Shown here: in pieces, positions 47,390 to 57,495 of the stretch
How the letters are laid out: every line of letters starts with the position of its first letter
How positions within the stretch are numbered: position 1 is the stretch's first letter
DNA from: Candidatus Poseidoniales archaeon
GTDB lineage: Archaea > Thermoplasmatota > Poseidoniia > Poseidoniales > Thalassarchaeaceae
Assembly (NCBI GenBank): GCA_028283505.1
Contig: JAPOFX010000003.1
Span: 4,125 to 68,124, forward strand
DNA: 64,000 nt
Reading direction: 5' to 3'
Notes under the pieces: model-generated
Databases searched by the model: none
Seen by the model: only the letters and a program-made list of their open reading frames with translations
Told to the model about the DNA's origin: nothing
Program-made: the position numbers and the translations under genes

Positions 47390-47737
47390 CTACCTCCCAC
47401 CGGGGGGGTCGTTATCTCGGTTCGCCTCGGTTCGATTCTCGTCGTAGCCCTCCCAAATTTCTGGGTTGTTGTAACAATCAGGGTCATCCTGATCAGATTG
47501 TCCGCCATTGTCATTGTCAACACCGTCCCCACAGTTCCCCGAATTACCAGAAGCAGGATTCAGAATACCCTCCCCGGCATCAGTAGTCAATAGTGCTAAT
47601 AATACTCCCGAGAGGACTATTACTAAAGAAATCAAAATCACCTTCGAAGCAGTATCCCGGGATTCCACTACGACCTTTATCTCGGTCTTGGGCTCGCTCT
47701 TAGCTGACATCGGTGGGTCATGAGGAAAGGTCATCAT
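47390..47737 (-). CDS. Small single-TM protein with a Cys-Asp-rich putative metal-binding motif
   Basis: 115 aa. TM VILISLVIVLSGVLLALL, then CGDGVDNDNGGQSDQDDPDC, which resembles the C-x-DG-x-DND-x-DG...D putative metal-binding repeat. 10-nt gaps on both sides within the folC to deaminase string. Confidence 0.4.
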   Translation of the reverse strand: MMTFPHDPPMSAKSEPKTEIKVVVESRDTASKVILISLVIVLSGVLLALLTTDAGEGILNPASGNSGNCGDGVDNDNGGQSDQDDPDCYNNPEIWEGYDENRTEANRDNDPPGGR

Positions 47738-47747
47738 ACTTGGCTTC

Positions 47748-48965
47748 TTAGTGAATTGTCATTACTTTTCTCAGATCCAGTCCCCTATCTGAGACTACTT
47801 TAGAGATTATTTCTCCAAGTAAGTATATGCTACCAGTAACCATTATTCTCCCGCCTTCTTGTCGTGCTAGTCTGAAGCTTTCTTCAAGTGCTGATGTTAG
47901 GTCCGCAATCGGAATAATGGTCAGAAGTCTAGGATTGACTGCGTGTATAATTTGCATGAGAGATTCTGGAGGTACGGATGGTTTCCTACCAGATTTGATC
48001 TCAGTGAGAATTATTTTTGGTGGCTTCTTTCTTTTCGATACCTCTTCAATGAGGGCCTTCATGGTCTCATGGACCTCGTCCTTCTCAATCATCGCAACCA
48101 GGATCACATCTACATCCTGTGTCTCTCCAATGTCGTTTTTCATACTCTCGGGATTATGCGCGGCACTGAATTTCAAATCTACTCCATTGAACCAAGAAGA
48201 TCCAAATCCTGGGGATCTACCCGGCCAAATACAATCCAAGGGTTCTTTTTTCCATCCAAAGTGAGCGCGCACCATTGAGGTTATTACCGAATAAGACTCC
48301 CAAATACTCAATTCGTTTGGCATCATTGCCCAATCAAGGTCAGCTCCGACCCTTTCCTCTATTAGAGTCTGAAGTTCTAATTGTTCAGGCTTGATAGAGA
48401 TAAATGGATTGCCGGGCCTGTGAATCGCTACCTTCTCTCTGGCTATTTCGGTAATTGTGTCGCCGAGATATTCAGAGTGGTCCATCGAGATGGTAGTGAG
48501 GATGGCCATATCAGCCTCCACGAGTATGGTCGCATCCATTCTCCCTCCCATACCAGTCTCGATAATGGCCCTCTCCACGCCAAGATCTCTGAATATTACC
48601 ATTGCGACAAGAAAAGTTGTCTCGAAAAAGGTCGGAGATATCGAGGGATTCGCCTCCGATGCAACCCTTACTTTAGTTAATGCTTCATCAAAATGGTGTG
48701 ATTCAATAGGAACGCCATCGATTCTTATTCTCTCTTCAACAGTTACAAGATGGGGGGATGTGAATAATCCTGTCTTTAACCCATTAGCAGAGGATGCTGC
48801 GGACAGCTGAGCGCACAGGGACCCTTTTCCATTTGTACCAGCTACGTGTATGGATGGAAATGAAGAATGTGGATTGCCAAGCCTTGAAAGAATTATTTCA
48901 CAGTTTTCCAACCCCAGCTTAATGCCCAAATTTGCCCTTTCTTCAAACCACGAACGATCAGACAT
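47748..48965 (-). CDS. folC: Folylpolyglutamate synthase / dihydrofolate synthase
   Basis: HVAGTNGKGS P-loop and a Mur-ligase-like layout. Start set at ATG 48965 (MSDRSWFEE...), which avoids overlap with the divergent gene. Confidence 0.85.
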   Translation of the reverse strand: MSDRSWFEERANLGIKLGLENCEIILSRLGNPHSSFPSIHVAGTNGKGSLCAQLSAASSANGLKTGLFTSPHLVTVEERIRIDGVPIESHHFDEALTKVRVASEANPSISPTFFETTFLVAMVIFRDLGVERAIIETGMGGRMDATILVEADMAILTTISMDHSEYLGDTITEIAREKVAIHRPGNPFISIKPEQLELQTLIEERVGADLDWAMMPNELSIWESYSVITSMVRAHFGWKKEPLDCIWPGRSPGFGSSWFNGVDLKFSAAHNPESMKNDIGETQDVDVILVAMIEKDEVHETMKALIEEVSKRKKPPKIILTEIKSGRKPSVPPESLMQIIHAVNPRLLTIIPIADLTSALEESFRLARQEGGRIMVTGSIYLLGEIISKVVSDRGLDLRKVMTIH

Positions 48966-49015
48966 TGGGTTTATCCTGCGCCATTTGGTGGTGGGCGCGA
49001 ACGGGTCAAGGTGAT

Positions 49016-50257
49016 ATGGCCCTTGAAGTTCGTGTAAGCATGAGTGCAGGGGGCGGAGGCGGTGTGCTAGCCGCAATGAAGGATCAATGGGCTTCAATGA
49101 CGGGCATGGCTTTCATGTTTGTATCTACAATTCTCATTGGCCTTAGTATCCAGCCATTGTATAATATCCCAGAAGCCAGAGCCTTTGGTGAAGAGGGGGC
49201 TTCCAAAGGCGCGTATGTAGCTCTTGAGCTGGCAATGATAGGTATTTTCACCATAGTTATCATTTGGCTAGCGAGGAAAGGTCGTGATTTCTTCATAAAA
49301 GCGATAGTGCTTTTTGCGCTGTGGATGAGTCTCTTTTACGCGCTTCAGCCATATGTGGCATTGGCAATGATCTACAGTGGTACAACTGAGATCAACCCGG
49401 TGATTCCTTTTATTTTAGTGACGTATGTGGCTCTCATCTTTTCATTATACAGATATCCAAAAGAGAAACAAACAATTTCTTTGTTGTTTCTCTTCGGGAT
49501 TGCTCTCATCCACCTGATGTTTTTTGGAATTCCATTCTTTGTTGTACTGACATTGTTATTTTCAGTTGGCGCTATTTGGCTTTTGCATATTTTCCCTGAG
49601 TGGTATGTGGTCAATGGGGTTGGAATAATGGTGGGAGCTGGAGTAGTCACTCTCATTGGAGTGTCTTTCGTCCCAGTGTTGATTATTGGGTTCATGATTG
49701 TCGCCGCGATATACGATCATTGGGCAGTTAATGGTAGTAAGCACATGTTGGAGCTCGCTGATACCATGATCGGACTGAAGCTTCCTGTTCTCCTAGTAGC
49801 TCCCAAGAGTGCTAATTACTCGTTCATCGATGAGGAAGACAGTGTCATGAGCGAACCTAGTAACGAATCCGGGGGGATGGATTGGGATGACCCTGTTCCG
49901 CATCTTGAAAGTGCGAAAGTGAAGAAGGGTGGAAGGGATGCTCTTTTCATGGGTCTCGGGGATGTTATTTTTCCCGGAATGCTGGTTATATCATCGGTCT
50001 CTTTCTTGCCTCAGACCGGTTCCGAAGTTACTTTCTTCAGCGCTTTTGGAGTGATGTATTCTGACCCATTAATTGTGGGCCTTGGTACATTATTAGGTGG
50101 ACTTATGGGATACTTAGCTCTTATGACACAAGTAGCAATGGGCAAGCCCCAAGCTGGACTGCCACTGTTGAATGGGGGGTCGATACTAGGATATCTGGTG
50201 GCCGGATACTTTGCTCTCGGATTAGGTGACCTTTGGCAGGACATCACGTTCTTCTGA
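49016..50257 (+). CDS. Presenilin / signal-peptide-peptidase homologue (A22 intramembrane aspartyl protease)
   Basis: About 9 TM helices. YD motif (AIYDHWAV), GxGD motif (MGLGDVIFPG) and a PAL-like QAGLPLLNGG. The start is uncertain (ATG 49016, 49040 or 49076). Confidence 0.75.
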   Translation: MALEVRVSMSAGGGGGVLAAMKDQWASMTGMAFMFVSTILIGLSIQPLYNIPEARAFGEEGASKGAYVALELAMIGIFTIVIIWLARKGRDFFIKAIVLFALWMSLFYALQPYVALAMIYSGTTEINPVIPFILVTYVALIFSLYRYPKEKQTISLLFLFGIALIHLMFFGIPFFVVLTLLFSVGAIWLLHIFPEWYVVNGVGIMVGAGVVTLIGVSFVPVLIIGFMIVAAIYDHWAVNGSKHMLELADTMIGLKLPVLLVAPKSANYSFIDEEDSVMSEPSNESGGMDWDDPVPHLESAKVKKGGRDALFMGLGDVIFPGMLVISSVSFLPQTGSEVTFFSAFGVMYSDPLIVGLGTLLGGLMGYLALMTQVAMGKPQAGLPLLNGGSILGYLVAGYFALGLGDLWQDITFF

Positions 50258-50310
50258 CGATTTCTCCCGATTCCTTGAAAGTCGATAGTGATGTGCAAGA
50301 GGCGATAGTA

Positions 50311-51591
50311 GTGCTGGATATTACCATGTTCCGTGAGAATGCGGACCAGATTAGGGCGGATCACGACAGGAGAGGGATTCCCCACGATTCGATAGATGAG
50401 ATAATCCGACTGGATCAAGAATGGCGGAAGGCCCAGTTTGATGCGGACCAAATAAGGAGGGAGAGGAATACGGCTGCGAAAGGCATTGCAGAGGCGAAGA
50501 AATCTGGGGATTCATCCAAGGCTGATGAGATTCTCTTAGAAGTCTCAAATCTAGGAGAAAAGATTGCGAAACTCAGCTCGATTGCCGAGGATTGCCTTCG
50601 CAAGAGAGATAGCCTAAGGATGAAGGTACCGAACATACTACACCCTGATGTTCCGATTGGCGAAGATGACCAGAAGAATACTCTCCACAGTCTACATGGA
50701 GAGAAGATTGAGCATGACTTCGAAGCTAGAAATCATAACGATTTAATTGAGATGAACGGATGGGTCGATCAGGCCCGAGGAGCAAAAATAACAGGTAGCA
50801 GATTCTACTTTATCCAAGGAGATTTGGCACGAATGGAAATGGCGCTTCAACAGTACTCTGCCGACTTCTTGATGGATAGGGGCTACACCCTTGTACAACC
50901 TCCGCTGATGATGAACAGAGAGGCGTATGAGGGAGTGACGGATTTATCTGACTTTGAGACCGTTATGTACGGTATCGAGCCGGATGGCTACTATCTCATT
51001 GCGACCAGCGAACATCCGTTGACGGCAATGAGGATGGATGAGGTAATAGAGCCAAGCGAGCTACCGGTCAAGTTAGTTGGGGTTTCTCCCTGTTTCCGAA
51101 GAGAGGTTGGTGCTCATGGACTGTCAGACAGGGGTATTTGGAGAGTTCATCAGTTCACGAAAATTGAGCAGATAGTTATCTGCCATCCTGATGATTCATG
51201 GGAGCACCATGAGGAATTACTGCAGAATGCCGTAGATCTCTGGGATAGTTTAGGCTTGCATTACAGGGTGGTCAACATCTGTACAGGAGACATGGGGACT
51301 GTCGCGGCGAAGAAATATGATCTTGAGGCTTGGCTACCGGGTGCGGGATCCTACAAAGAGGTTGTTTCATGCTCCAACTGTACCGACTATCAGGCTAACA
51401 GACTCAGGATGAGATATAGGACAAAAGAGGGGAATGAATCCGTCCATACACTGAATTCGACAGCAGTGGCGACGAGCAGGGCATTAGTCGCCATAATGGA
51501 GCAGAATCAGCTTGAGGACGGCAGGGTCAGAGTCCCGGAGGTCCTCAGACCTTACATGGGCGACAAGCAAATACTTGAGAGTTTGAAATAG
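50311..51591 (+). CDS. serS: Seryl-tRNA synthetase
   Basis: Coiled-coil N-terminal arm and class II motifs (FRREVGAHG, TSEHPL, GTVAAKKYDLEAW, NSTAVATSR). GTG 50311 gives the family-typical N-terminus (V)LDITMFRENADQI and 426 aa. Confidence 0.93.
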   Translation: MLDITMFRENADQIRADHDRRGIPHDSIDEIIRLDQEWRKAQFDADQIRRERNTAAKGIAEAKKSGDSSKADEILLEVSNLGEKIAKLSSIAEDCLRKRDSLRMKVPNILHPDVPIGEDDQKNTLHSLHGEKIEHDFEARNHNDLIEMNGWVDQARGAKITGSRFYFIQGDLARMEMALQQYSADFLMDRGYTLVQPPLMMNREAYEGVTDLSDFETVMYGIEPDGYYLIATSEHPLTAMRMDEVIEPSELPVKLVGVSPCFRREVGAHGLSDRGIWRVHQFTKIEQIVICHPDDSWEHHEELLQNAVDLWDSLGLHYRVVNICTGDMGTVAAKKYDLEAWLPGAGSYKEVVSCSNCTDYQANRLRMRYRTKEGNESVHTLNSTAVATSRALVAIMEQNQLEDGRVRVPEVLRPYMGDKQILESLK

Positions 51592-51600
51592 GGTGATTTT

Positions 51601-53913
51601 TCATCTGATTGAAACTGATACTTCAATCCATTTCGAAGTAGGAGTATTGCTACCATTTGCGGTACTTTCTAGTGGGACAAGAACGTTCGCCTCAGGGAAG
51701 TAAGAGCAGAGGTTCCCTCTGGGGATGTCATATGGCACGACCTTCCACCTCTCTGAGTGTATTTCTCTTCCCTCCCAGTGACTCGTCAGATCAACTTCCT
51801 GACCTGCCGACGCTCCCATATCCTTCATGTCATCTTTGTTCATCATTACTACTCTCCTGGCGTTGTAAATCCCTCTGTACCTATCATCCATACCATAGAT
51901 CGTGGTATTGTACTGGTCGTGGCTTCTTACGGTCATTAGGATAAACCTTCCATCCTCCAAAGACCTTTCAGGAAGATTGTGACAAAAGAAATGTGCTTTT
52001 CCAGAGGAAGTATTCCAGTTTGGACCATCTCTGGGCCCATTAGGAAGGTAGAAACCCCCTTTGGCGCGTACCCTAGTATTGTAATCCTCGAATCCGGGTA
52101 TGCATCTTGAAATCAGGTCTCTAGTATTCCCATGGTCGCGATACAGATTCCAATCCATGGGTCCTTCCGGATACAGCTCTTTGCCTATCCTGGAGATTAT
52201 TTCTGGCTCTGAAAGTAGGTTCTTAGAAGCAGGTTTCAAGGAGCCCTCACTCGAGTGTACCAGGCCCATGGAATTTTCTACAGACACGAATCCAGCGGGA
52301 TCTATCTCAGTTCTCCCGAGGCAGGGAAGGATCAAGGCTTCCTTCCCAGTAATCAAATGAGACCTGTTGAGCTTGGTTGAGATTTGCACTGTCAAGTCAA
52401 TGTTGGAAATCGCCTTGGCGACTCTCTCTGTATCCGACATCGCTGATACTAGATTCCCACCTAATGCCATGAATGTCCTCACCCTTCCTTGTAGTGCCGC
52501 ATGGATGAACTCCACGACATCGTACCCCTTTTTCCTAGGCATATTAATCCCGGTCTCACTTTCGCAGGATGAGATAAAATCCTCAGTCGGGTGATGGTTA
52601 ACTCCGACTGTCCTATCTCCTTGGACATTGGAGTGCCCCCTGACAGGACAGGCTCCCGCGCCCGGCTTGCCAAAATGACCCCCTGCGAGAAGGAGGTTTG
52701 ATACCTCTTGAATTACAGCTACGCTGTTCTCATGCTGTGTCAGCCCCATGGCCCAACAGACGATCATTCTCTCCGATTTGGCTATTGCATTACCGGTCTT
52801 CTCAATTCTGTCCCGGGAGATCCCCGACTGTTCGACAATTTTCTCCCAGTCTGTAGATTCTATATGCTTCTTCCAATCTTCAAAACCCAGGGTATTCGCA
52901 GAGATGAAGTCTAAATCGGCTCCTCCCTGTGAGAGGATTGTCTTGGCAAATCCCTGAAGGAGAGCTGCGTCTCCACCGATTCGCACCGGCAGATGCTCAT
53001 CCGCAATCTGAACCCCTCTTCCAATTAGGTGCAAAGGATTCTGAGGATGTTTGAATCTCTTCATTGCAGTCTCTTCCAATGGATTGATACTGACAACAGA
53101 TCCTCCATTCTCCTTGCATGCGGCTAGTGCAGTTAGCATCCGTGGATGGTTAGTTCCAGGGTTTTGCCCTATTACCAAAATTAGATCTGCTTTTTCAAAA
53201 CATGACAGCTTTACAGTTCCCTTCTCGATCCCGATGGATTCTGATAAGGCGACACCACTGGACTCGTGACACATATTACTGCAGTCAGGAAGATTGTTGG
53301 TACCGATTTGTCTAGCTAGGACCCCCCAAAGGAAGGCTGCCTCGTTTGAGGCTCTGCCACTGGTGTAGAGTACATTCTCGTCTGGGTCACCAGACCCATT
53401 AATTCTGGATGCGATAATCTTGAATGCGCTCCCCCAGTCTATTTCCTCATAGGTATCCTCTCCTTCTTTCAGGAACAGGGGATTTGTTATTCTCCCCATC
53501 TTGTCCAGCTCCATATCAGATAGTTTCGACAGGCTCGTAACAGATATCTCCCTTATTTTCTCTGGGGTCACCCTCTTCTTAGTGGCCTCTGTGGCGAATG
53601 CCTTTGCACCATTTTCGCAGAATTCAAAACTACTCCTGTGGTCATCTGGATCTGGCCATGCACATCCCGGACAATCATACCCGTCAAACCTATTCACGGC
53701 CAACATTGACTGCAATGTTCTCTTCATTCCCGCTTCTTGCAAGCCGATTGAAAATGACTTCTGAACCCCCACTATTCCCGCGGCTGTCTTCTTCGTCTTT
53801 CCGATTCGAAGCCTTTCCTCTTTTATTGGAGGCTGGGCGCACGGTTCGCGGGACACGGTACCACGTGTCCGCAATAGTTCAAATCGGTTGGCATCAAGCA
53901 ACTTTGGCACCAT
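51601..53913 (-). CDS. Molybdopterin oxidoreductase, FdhF/YdeP family
   Basis: 770 aa. N-terminal CPGC region, MGLTQHENS, CPVRGHSNVQGDR and a C-terminal molybdopterin dinucleotide-binding domain. No in-frame stop. Confidence 0.85.
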   Translation of the reverse strand: MVPKLLDANRFELLRTRGTVSREPCAQPPIKEERLRIGKTKKTAAGIVGVQKSFSIGLQEAGMKRTLQSMLAVNRFDGYDCPGCAWPDPDDHRSSFEFCENGAKAFATEATKKRVTPEKIREISVTSLSKLSDMELDKMGRITNPLFLKEGEDTYEEIDWGSAFKIIASRINGSGDPDENVLYTSGRASNEAAFLWGVLARQIGTNNLPDCSNMCHESSGVALSESIGIEKGTVKLSCFEKADLILVIGQNPGTNHPRMLTALAACKENGGSVVSINPLEETAMKRFKHPQNPLHLIGRGVQIADEHLPVRIGGDAALLQGFAKTILSQGGADLDFISANTLGFEDWKKHIESTDWEKIVEQSGISRDRIEKTGNAIAKSERMIVCWAMGLTQHENSVAVIQEVSNLLLAGGHFGKPGAGACPVRGHSNVQGDRTVGVNHHPTEDFISSCESETGINMPRKKGYDVVEFIHAALQGRVRTFMALGGNLVSAMSDTERVAKAISNIDLTVQISTKLNRSHLITGKEALILPCLGRTEIDPAGFVSVENSMGLVHSSEGSLKPASKNLLSEPEIISRIGKELYPEGPMDWNLYRDHGNTRDLISRCIPGFEDYNTRVRAKGGFYLPNGPRDGPNWNTSSGKAHFFCHNLPERSLEDGRFILMTVRSHDQYNTTIYGMDDRYRGIYNARRVVMMNKDDMKDMGASAGQEVDLTSHWEGREIHSERWKVVPYDIPRGNLCSYFPEANVLVPLESTANGSNTPTSKWIEVSVSIR

Positions 53914-54487
53914 TGGTTTCGTTATCTTTGGTCATATTTCGCCTGATGAGAAGTAATGCGACCAATGTAGTGAAAGAAATCGCCAATATGGGAAATAATA
54001 GGGCGATTATAGTAAGGGCAACACTGGCAATATTCTCGCTTGTGGCTACCAGGGGATTAGCAGTTCCAAGAGTGAAGGTTGAGCTGATTCCTCTTGCCGC
54101 GACTGTGGCTGTCTGAATTGTCGCTGACATCCCTCCTCCTGCAACGATCGCTATTGCCCACTGAATTACTGGCTCGCTCCCCTCCAGTGAGATTGCAGTC
54201 ATCCCGACTCCCGCTATTACTGCTGCCGGAGTAGCGATGGTGTCAAGCAGATTATCAATAAATGGAACATAATACGCGGCAAACTCAGCGAGCATGGCTA
54301 TTCCAAGCAGAATGATGGCAGGAGTAGTGGTGAAAAATTCAAAATTAGTGCCAATAAGATCTATGTCGACGATTCCTGACCTAACTGATAGTGCCATAAG
54401 AAATGGAGGCAGGAAAACGCGAAAGCCGGAAGCCGCCGCCAAACTAATCCCCATGAATGCCGCAATAGCCAGAGTGAAGCCTTCCAT
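53894..54487 (-). CDS. DUF4126-like membrane protein
   Basis: 197 aa, Ala/Gly-rich, 5-6 TM helices (GISLAAASGFRVFLPPF...), as in DUF4126. It overlaps the downstream oxidoreductase start by 20 nt. Confidence 0.55.
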   Translation of the reverse strand: MEGFTLAIAAFMGISLAAASGFRVFLPPFLMALSVRSGIVDIDLIGTNFEFFTTTPAIILLGIAMLAEFAAYYVPFIDNLLDTIATPAAVIAGVGMTAISLEGSEPVIQWAIAIVAGGGMSATIQTATVAARGISSTFTLGTANPLVATSENIASVALTIIALLFPILAISFTTLVALLLIRRNMTKDNETNGAKVA

Positions 54488-54551
54488 GGTGCTTCGATGT
54501 AGCCTTCCCGTATTAATGCAGACCCGAAATAAGCATTAAGGCAAAATTAAG

Positions 54552-55049
54552 CTAATCTCCTAACTCGACCAAAGTTGCACCCATGTCTACTCTATCTCCT
54601 TGGTTGAAATTTACGGAAATGACCTCCCCTGACTTTGGAGCCACTATCCTGTGCTCCATCTTCATCGCCTCAATAGTCATAAGAGGCTGCCCCTCTCTAA
54701 CTCTCTGTCCTTCTTTGACCATGACTTCTAGTATGGTTCCAGGCATAGGTGCTGAGAGGCCCCCAGCAGATTCTGATGTCTTCCCCCCTTTCTCAACCTC
54801 GTTGACAACATATACCTCTCCTTCCAGATGAATCCACCATTTGCCTTCTATTTTTTTCACGTGGGCAGGTCTTGTTCCACTTTCGGTCTCCAGACTAATA
54901 GTAGAGTTTTTTCCAATCTTTGAAATTCTAATCTCCGGAAATTCATGAGTATTTCCGTTAACTGTAACGGATGAAATGGTAACCTTTCCCTCTCTTTCAG
55001 TCAGATCAACAGAGAATTTGTCCTCTAAATCAGCAATCTCCCACTCCAT
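54552..55049 (-). CDS. accB: Biotin carboxyl carrier protein subunit of acyl-CoA carboxylase
   Basis: C-terminal biotinyl domain with the EAMKMEH biotinylation motif. GGTGG lies 4 nt before the ATG. Confidence 0.85.
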   Translation of the reverse strand: MEWEIADLEDKFSVDLTEREGKVTISSVTVNGNTHEFPEIRISKIGKNSTISLETESGTRPAHVKKIEGKWWIHLEGEVYVVNEVEKGGKTSESAGGLSAPMPGTILEVMVKEGQRVREGQPLMTIEAMKMEHRIVAPKSGEVISVNFNQGDRVDMGATLVELGD

Positions 55050-55057
55050 GTAACCAC

Positions 55058-56626
55058 CTATGGAAGTCTCCTAGACAATGTCTTGAAGGGGTCTCCAGAA
55101 TGACCAGAATGATCTCCTTCATCTGAGCTTGAGAGAATGTTTGCTGATTTATCGAGGCCCAATCTCTTGGCTGATGCTGCGATAGACACAATAATTTTTG
55201 GATTGGAGTAATTAGGATCGAATTCCTCTATCGGAGTACTATCCAAGAAGTCAGTTGTTATGCTTCCTGAAGTGAAAGAAGGATGTAACAGTGCATTTCT
55301 CAGGAATCCTATGTTGGTAGTTACTCCAAGAGCGACGAATGATGATAATGCATTATCCATTCTTCTAATCGCGGATTCTCTGTCCGATGCATGCACAATC
55401 AACTTTGCGAGCATGGGGTCGAAATCAACGGTTACTTGGTCTCCTTGCCTGACTCCAGAGTCCATTCTGATTCCAGGACCACTTGGAGGTATCCAGACCC
55501 CTAAGGTACCAACTGAGGGAAGAAAGCCTTTCTTAGCATCCTCCGCGTATATTCTAGCCTCAATTGAGTGGCCATTTATGCCTACGGAATCCTGGGAAAT
55601 TCCCAATTTAATGCCTGATGCTATCTCAAGTTGTTTCTGGACTAAGTCTACACCGGTAATCATCTCAGTCACTGGATGTTCTACTTGCAGTCTTGTATTC
55701 ATTTCCAAGAAAAAATACTGCCCATTTGGAGAAAGGAGTAACTCCACAGTTCCAGCCCCAACATAATCAACAGCCTTTGCTGCCAGAACTGCAGATTCAC
55801 CCATCGCCTTCCTCAGATCGTTAGATACTGCTGTTGATGGTGCTTCTTCAATTACCTTCTGATGCCTCCTCTGTAGGGAGCAGTCCCTCTCATTTAGGTG
55901 GATGCAGTTCCCATGTTTATCAGCTAGAACCTGTATCTCTATGTGCCTTGCTCCTGTGAGTAATCTCTCTACATATACTGTTCCGTCCCCGAATGCCGCA
56001 GAGGCTTCTCTTGCTGCAGCCTCATACTCCGTCCTGAGCATTTTCGGCTCGTGAACCACTCTCATTCCCTTCCCCCCACCGCCTGCACTGGCTTTCAAGA
56101 GCAGTGGATAGCCGACCCTGGCAGCGGCGGAGGCCAATGCCCCCATGTGATCGCTTCCTTCTGGAATCGCTATTTCATCCCCTGGGATTACGGGCACTCC
56201 TGACTCTATCATTCTAGATCTAGCCGATATTTTATCGCCCATTGTTTCTATGGCCTCGGGCGAAGGCCCTACCCAGACAATTCCTGCGTTGGCGACATCT
56301 CGAGCAAAATCTGCTCTTTCAGAGAGGAATCCGTATCCTGGATGAATGGCTTGGGCGCCTGATGATTTTGCTGCCAATATTATGGCCTCGGAATTGAGAT
56401 AATTTTCAGTTAGAGAATTACCGGGTAGGTGCACTGCATCATCTGCAATTTCCACATGCAGGGCATTACTGTCGGGATCTGAATAGACTGCAATTGACCT
56501 GAGTCCGGCTTCCTTGACGGCCTTTATCACCCGGACTGCAATCTCACCCCTGTTGGCAACAAGTACGGATGAGAATGGTGTCGGCGCTCCCTTCATCCAT
56601 TCAGGAAACATGACTAACACTCTCAA
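55058..56626 (-). CDS. accC: Biotin carboxylase subunit of acyl-CoA carboxylase
   Basis: VLVANRGEIAVR, ATP-grasp GGGGKGMRVV, and EMNTRLQVEHPVTE. The alternative start Met6 (56611) is equally plausible. Confidence 0.92.
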   Translation of the reverse strand: MRVLVMFPEWMKGAPTPFSSVLVANRGEIAVRVIKAVKEAGLRSIAVYSDPDSNALHVEIADDAVHLPGNSLTENYLNSEAIILAAKSSGAQAIHPGYGFLSERADFARDVANAGIVWVGPSPEAIETMGDKISARSRMIESGVPVIPGDEIAIPEGSDHMGALASAAARVGYPLLLKASAGGGGKGMRVVHEPKMLRTEYEAAAREASAAFGDGTVYVERLLTGARHIEIQVLADKHGNCIHLNERDCSLQRRHQKVIEEAPSTAVSNDLRKAMGESAVLAAKAVDYVGAGTVELLLSPNGQYFFLEMNTRLQVEHPVTEMITGVDLVQKQLEIASGIKLGISQDSVGINGHSIEARIYAEDAKKGFLPSVGTLGVWIPPSGPGIRMDSGVRQGDQVTVDFDPMLAKLIVHASDRESAIRRMDNALSSFVALGVTTNIGFLRNALLHPSFTSGSITTDFLDSTPIEEFDPNYSNPKIIVSIAASAKRLGLDKSANILSSSDEGDHSGHSGDPFKTLSRRLP

Positions 56627-56627
56627 G

Positions 56628-57491
56628 CTACTTCGGAGACCAATTAGGAGGTCTTCTCTCCAAGAAGGCTGAAAGGCCCTCTTGACCTTCCTCGGACTCT
56701 CTCATCTCGCTTGTCTTCTCCAGAGTCCAGCTTCTCAATTCTTCATCTGAACCAGTCCATCTGTCGAATAGCAAGGTCAGTTTCTTTGCCTCATGAACAG
56801 CCATTGGGCCACTAGTTAGGAGATTTTCTATGACCTCTCTGCAAGATTCTTCAAAATTATTCTTATCCTCCACTATTTCATTTACCAGTCCAATCCTCAA
56901 AGCCTCCTCTGAAGAAATCCTGCTAGCGATCATTGAGAGTCTCCTGAACTCGGAGCTACCTATTTTTCTGTATACGTAAGGACCAATTACGGCAGGGAGT
57001 ATACCTAGTTTACCCTCTGAGAGGGCTATTCTCGTACCCGGTTCAGCTATTACATGATCAGCACATGAAACCAGACCTGCGCCTCCTCCGAGAGCCACAC
57101 CCTGAGCGCAACATATAGTGAAACAAGGATGTGACCAGAGTGAGTTGAAGAGTGTATCGAGTCTTTTGGAATCAGCTCTGTTCTCCTCTGGACTTGCCGC
57201 ACCAGCATCTCTCATCATATTGACATCCGCACCAGCACAGAAATGCTTGCCCTCGGACTTTAGAACTAATGCTCTGAAATAAGCCATATCGTCTCTGTCG
57301 TTCAAAGTCCCGTTCATTGCAGCGGACCTTGAGGAGGTCCAAGCAATCAAATCTATCAACTCAGAAATCAGCTGTGCATTCATCGCATTGAATACTTCGC
57401 TTCTGGAGATGGTTATAATGGCTACAGGCCCCTCTATCTCCAGACGGCACAGCTCAGTTGTCGGGACTTTGTCGCTAACTAAATTTTCCAT
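56628..57491 (-). CDS. Enoyl-CoA hydratase family (methylglutaconyl-CoA hydratase-like)
   Basis: Crotonase motifs FCAGADV and GVALGGGAGL. Start set at ATG 57491, 4 nt after the upstream stop. Confidence 0.85.
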   Translation of the reverse strand: MENLVSDKVPTTELCRLEIEGPVAIITISRSEVFNAMNAQLISELIDLIAWTSSRSAAMNGTLNDRDDMAYFRALVLKSEGKHFCAGADVNMMRDAGAASPEENRADSKRLDTLFNSLWSHPCFTICCAQGVALGGGAGLVSCADHVIAEPGTRIALSEGKLGILPAVIGPYVYRKIGSSEFRRLSMIASRISSEEALRIGLVNEIVEDKNNFEESCREVIENLLTSGPMAVHEAKKLTLLFDRWTGSDEELRSWTLEKTSEMRESEEGQEGLSAFLERRPPNWSPK

Positions 57492-57495
57492 GATT

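Noticed and set aside
51601-53913. Possible selenocysteine-containing formate dehydrogenase
   Set aside because: The frame is uninterrupted, with no in-frame TGA. The length and motifs fit the YdeP-type subgroup, and no SECIS-like context needs to be invoked.
54552-56626. Separate biotin carboxylase and BCCP genes as a frameshifted (pseudogenised) MCC alpha subunit
   Set aside because: The BCCP gene has its own ATG preceded by GGTGG. The 8-nt spacer follows a clean stop, and separate AccC/AccB subunits of these sizes are the normal archaeal arrangement.
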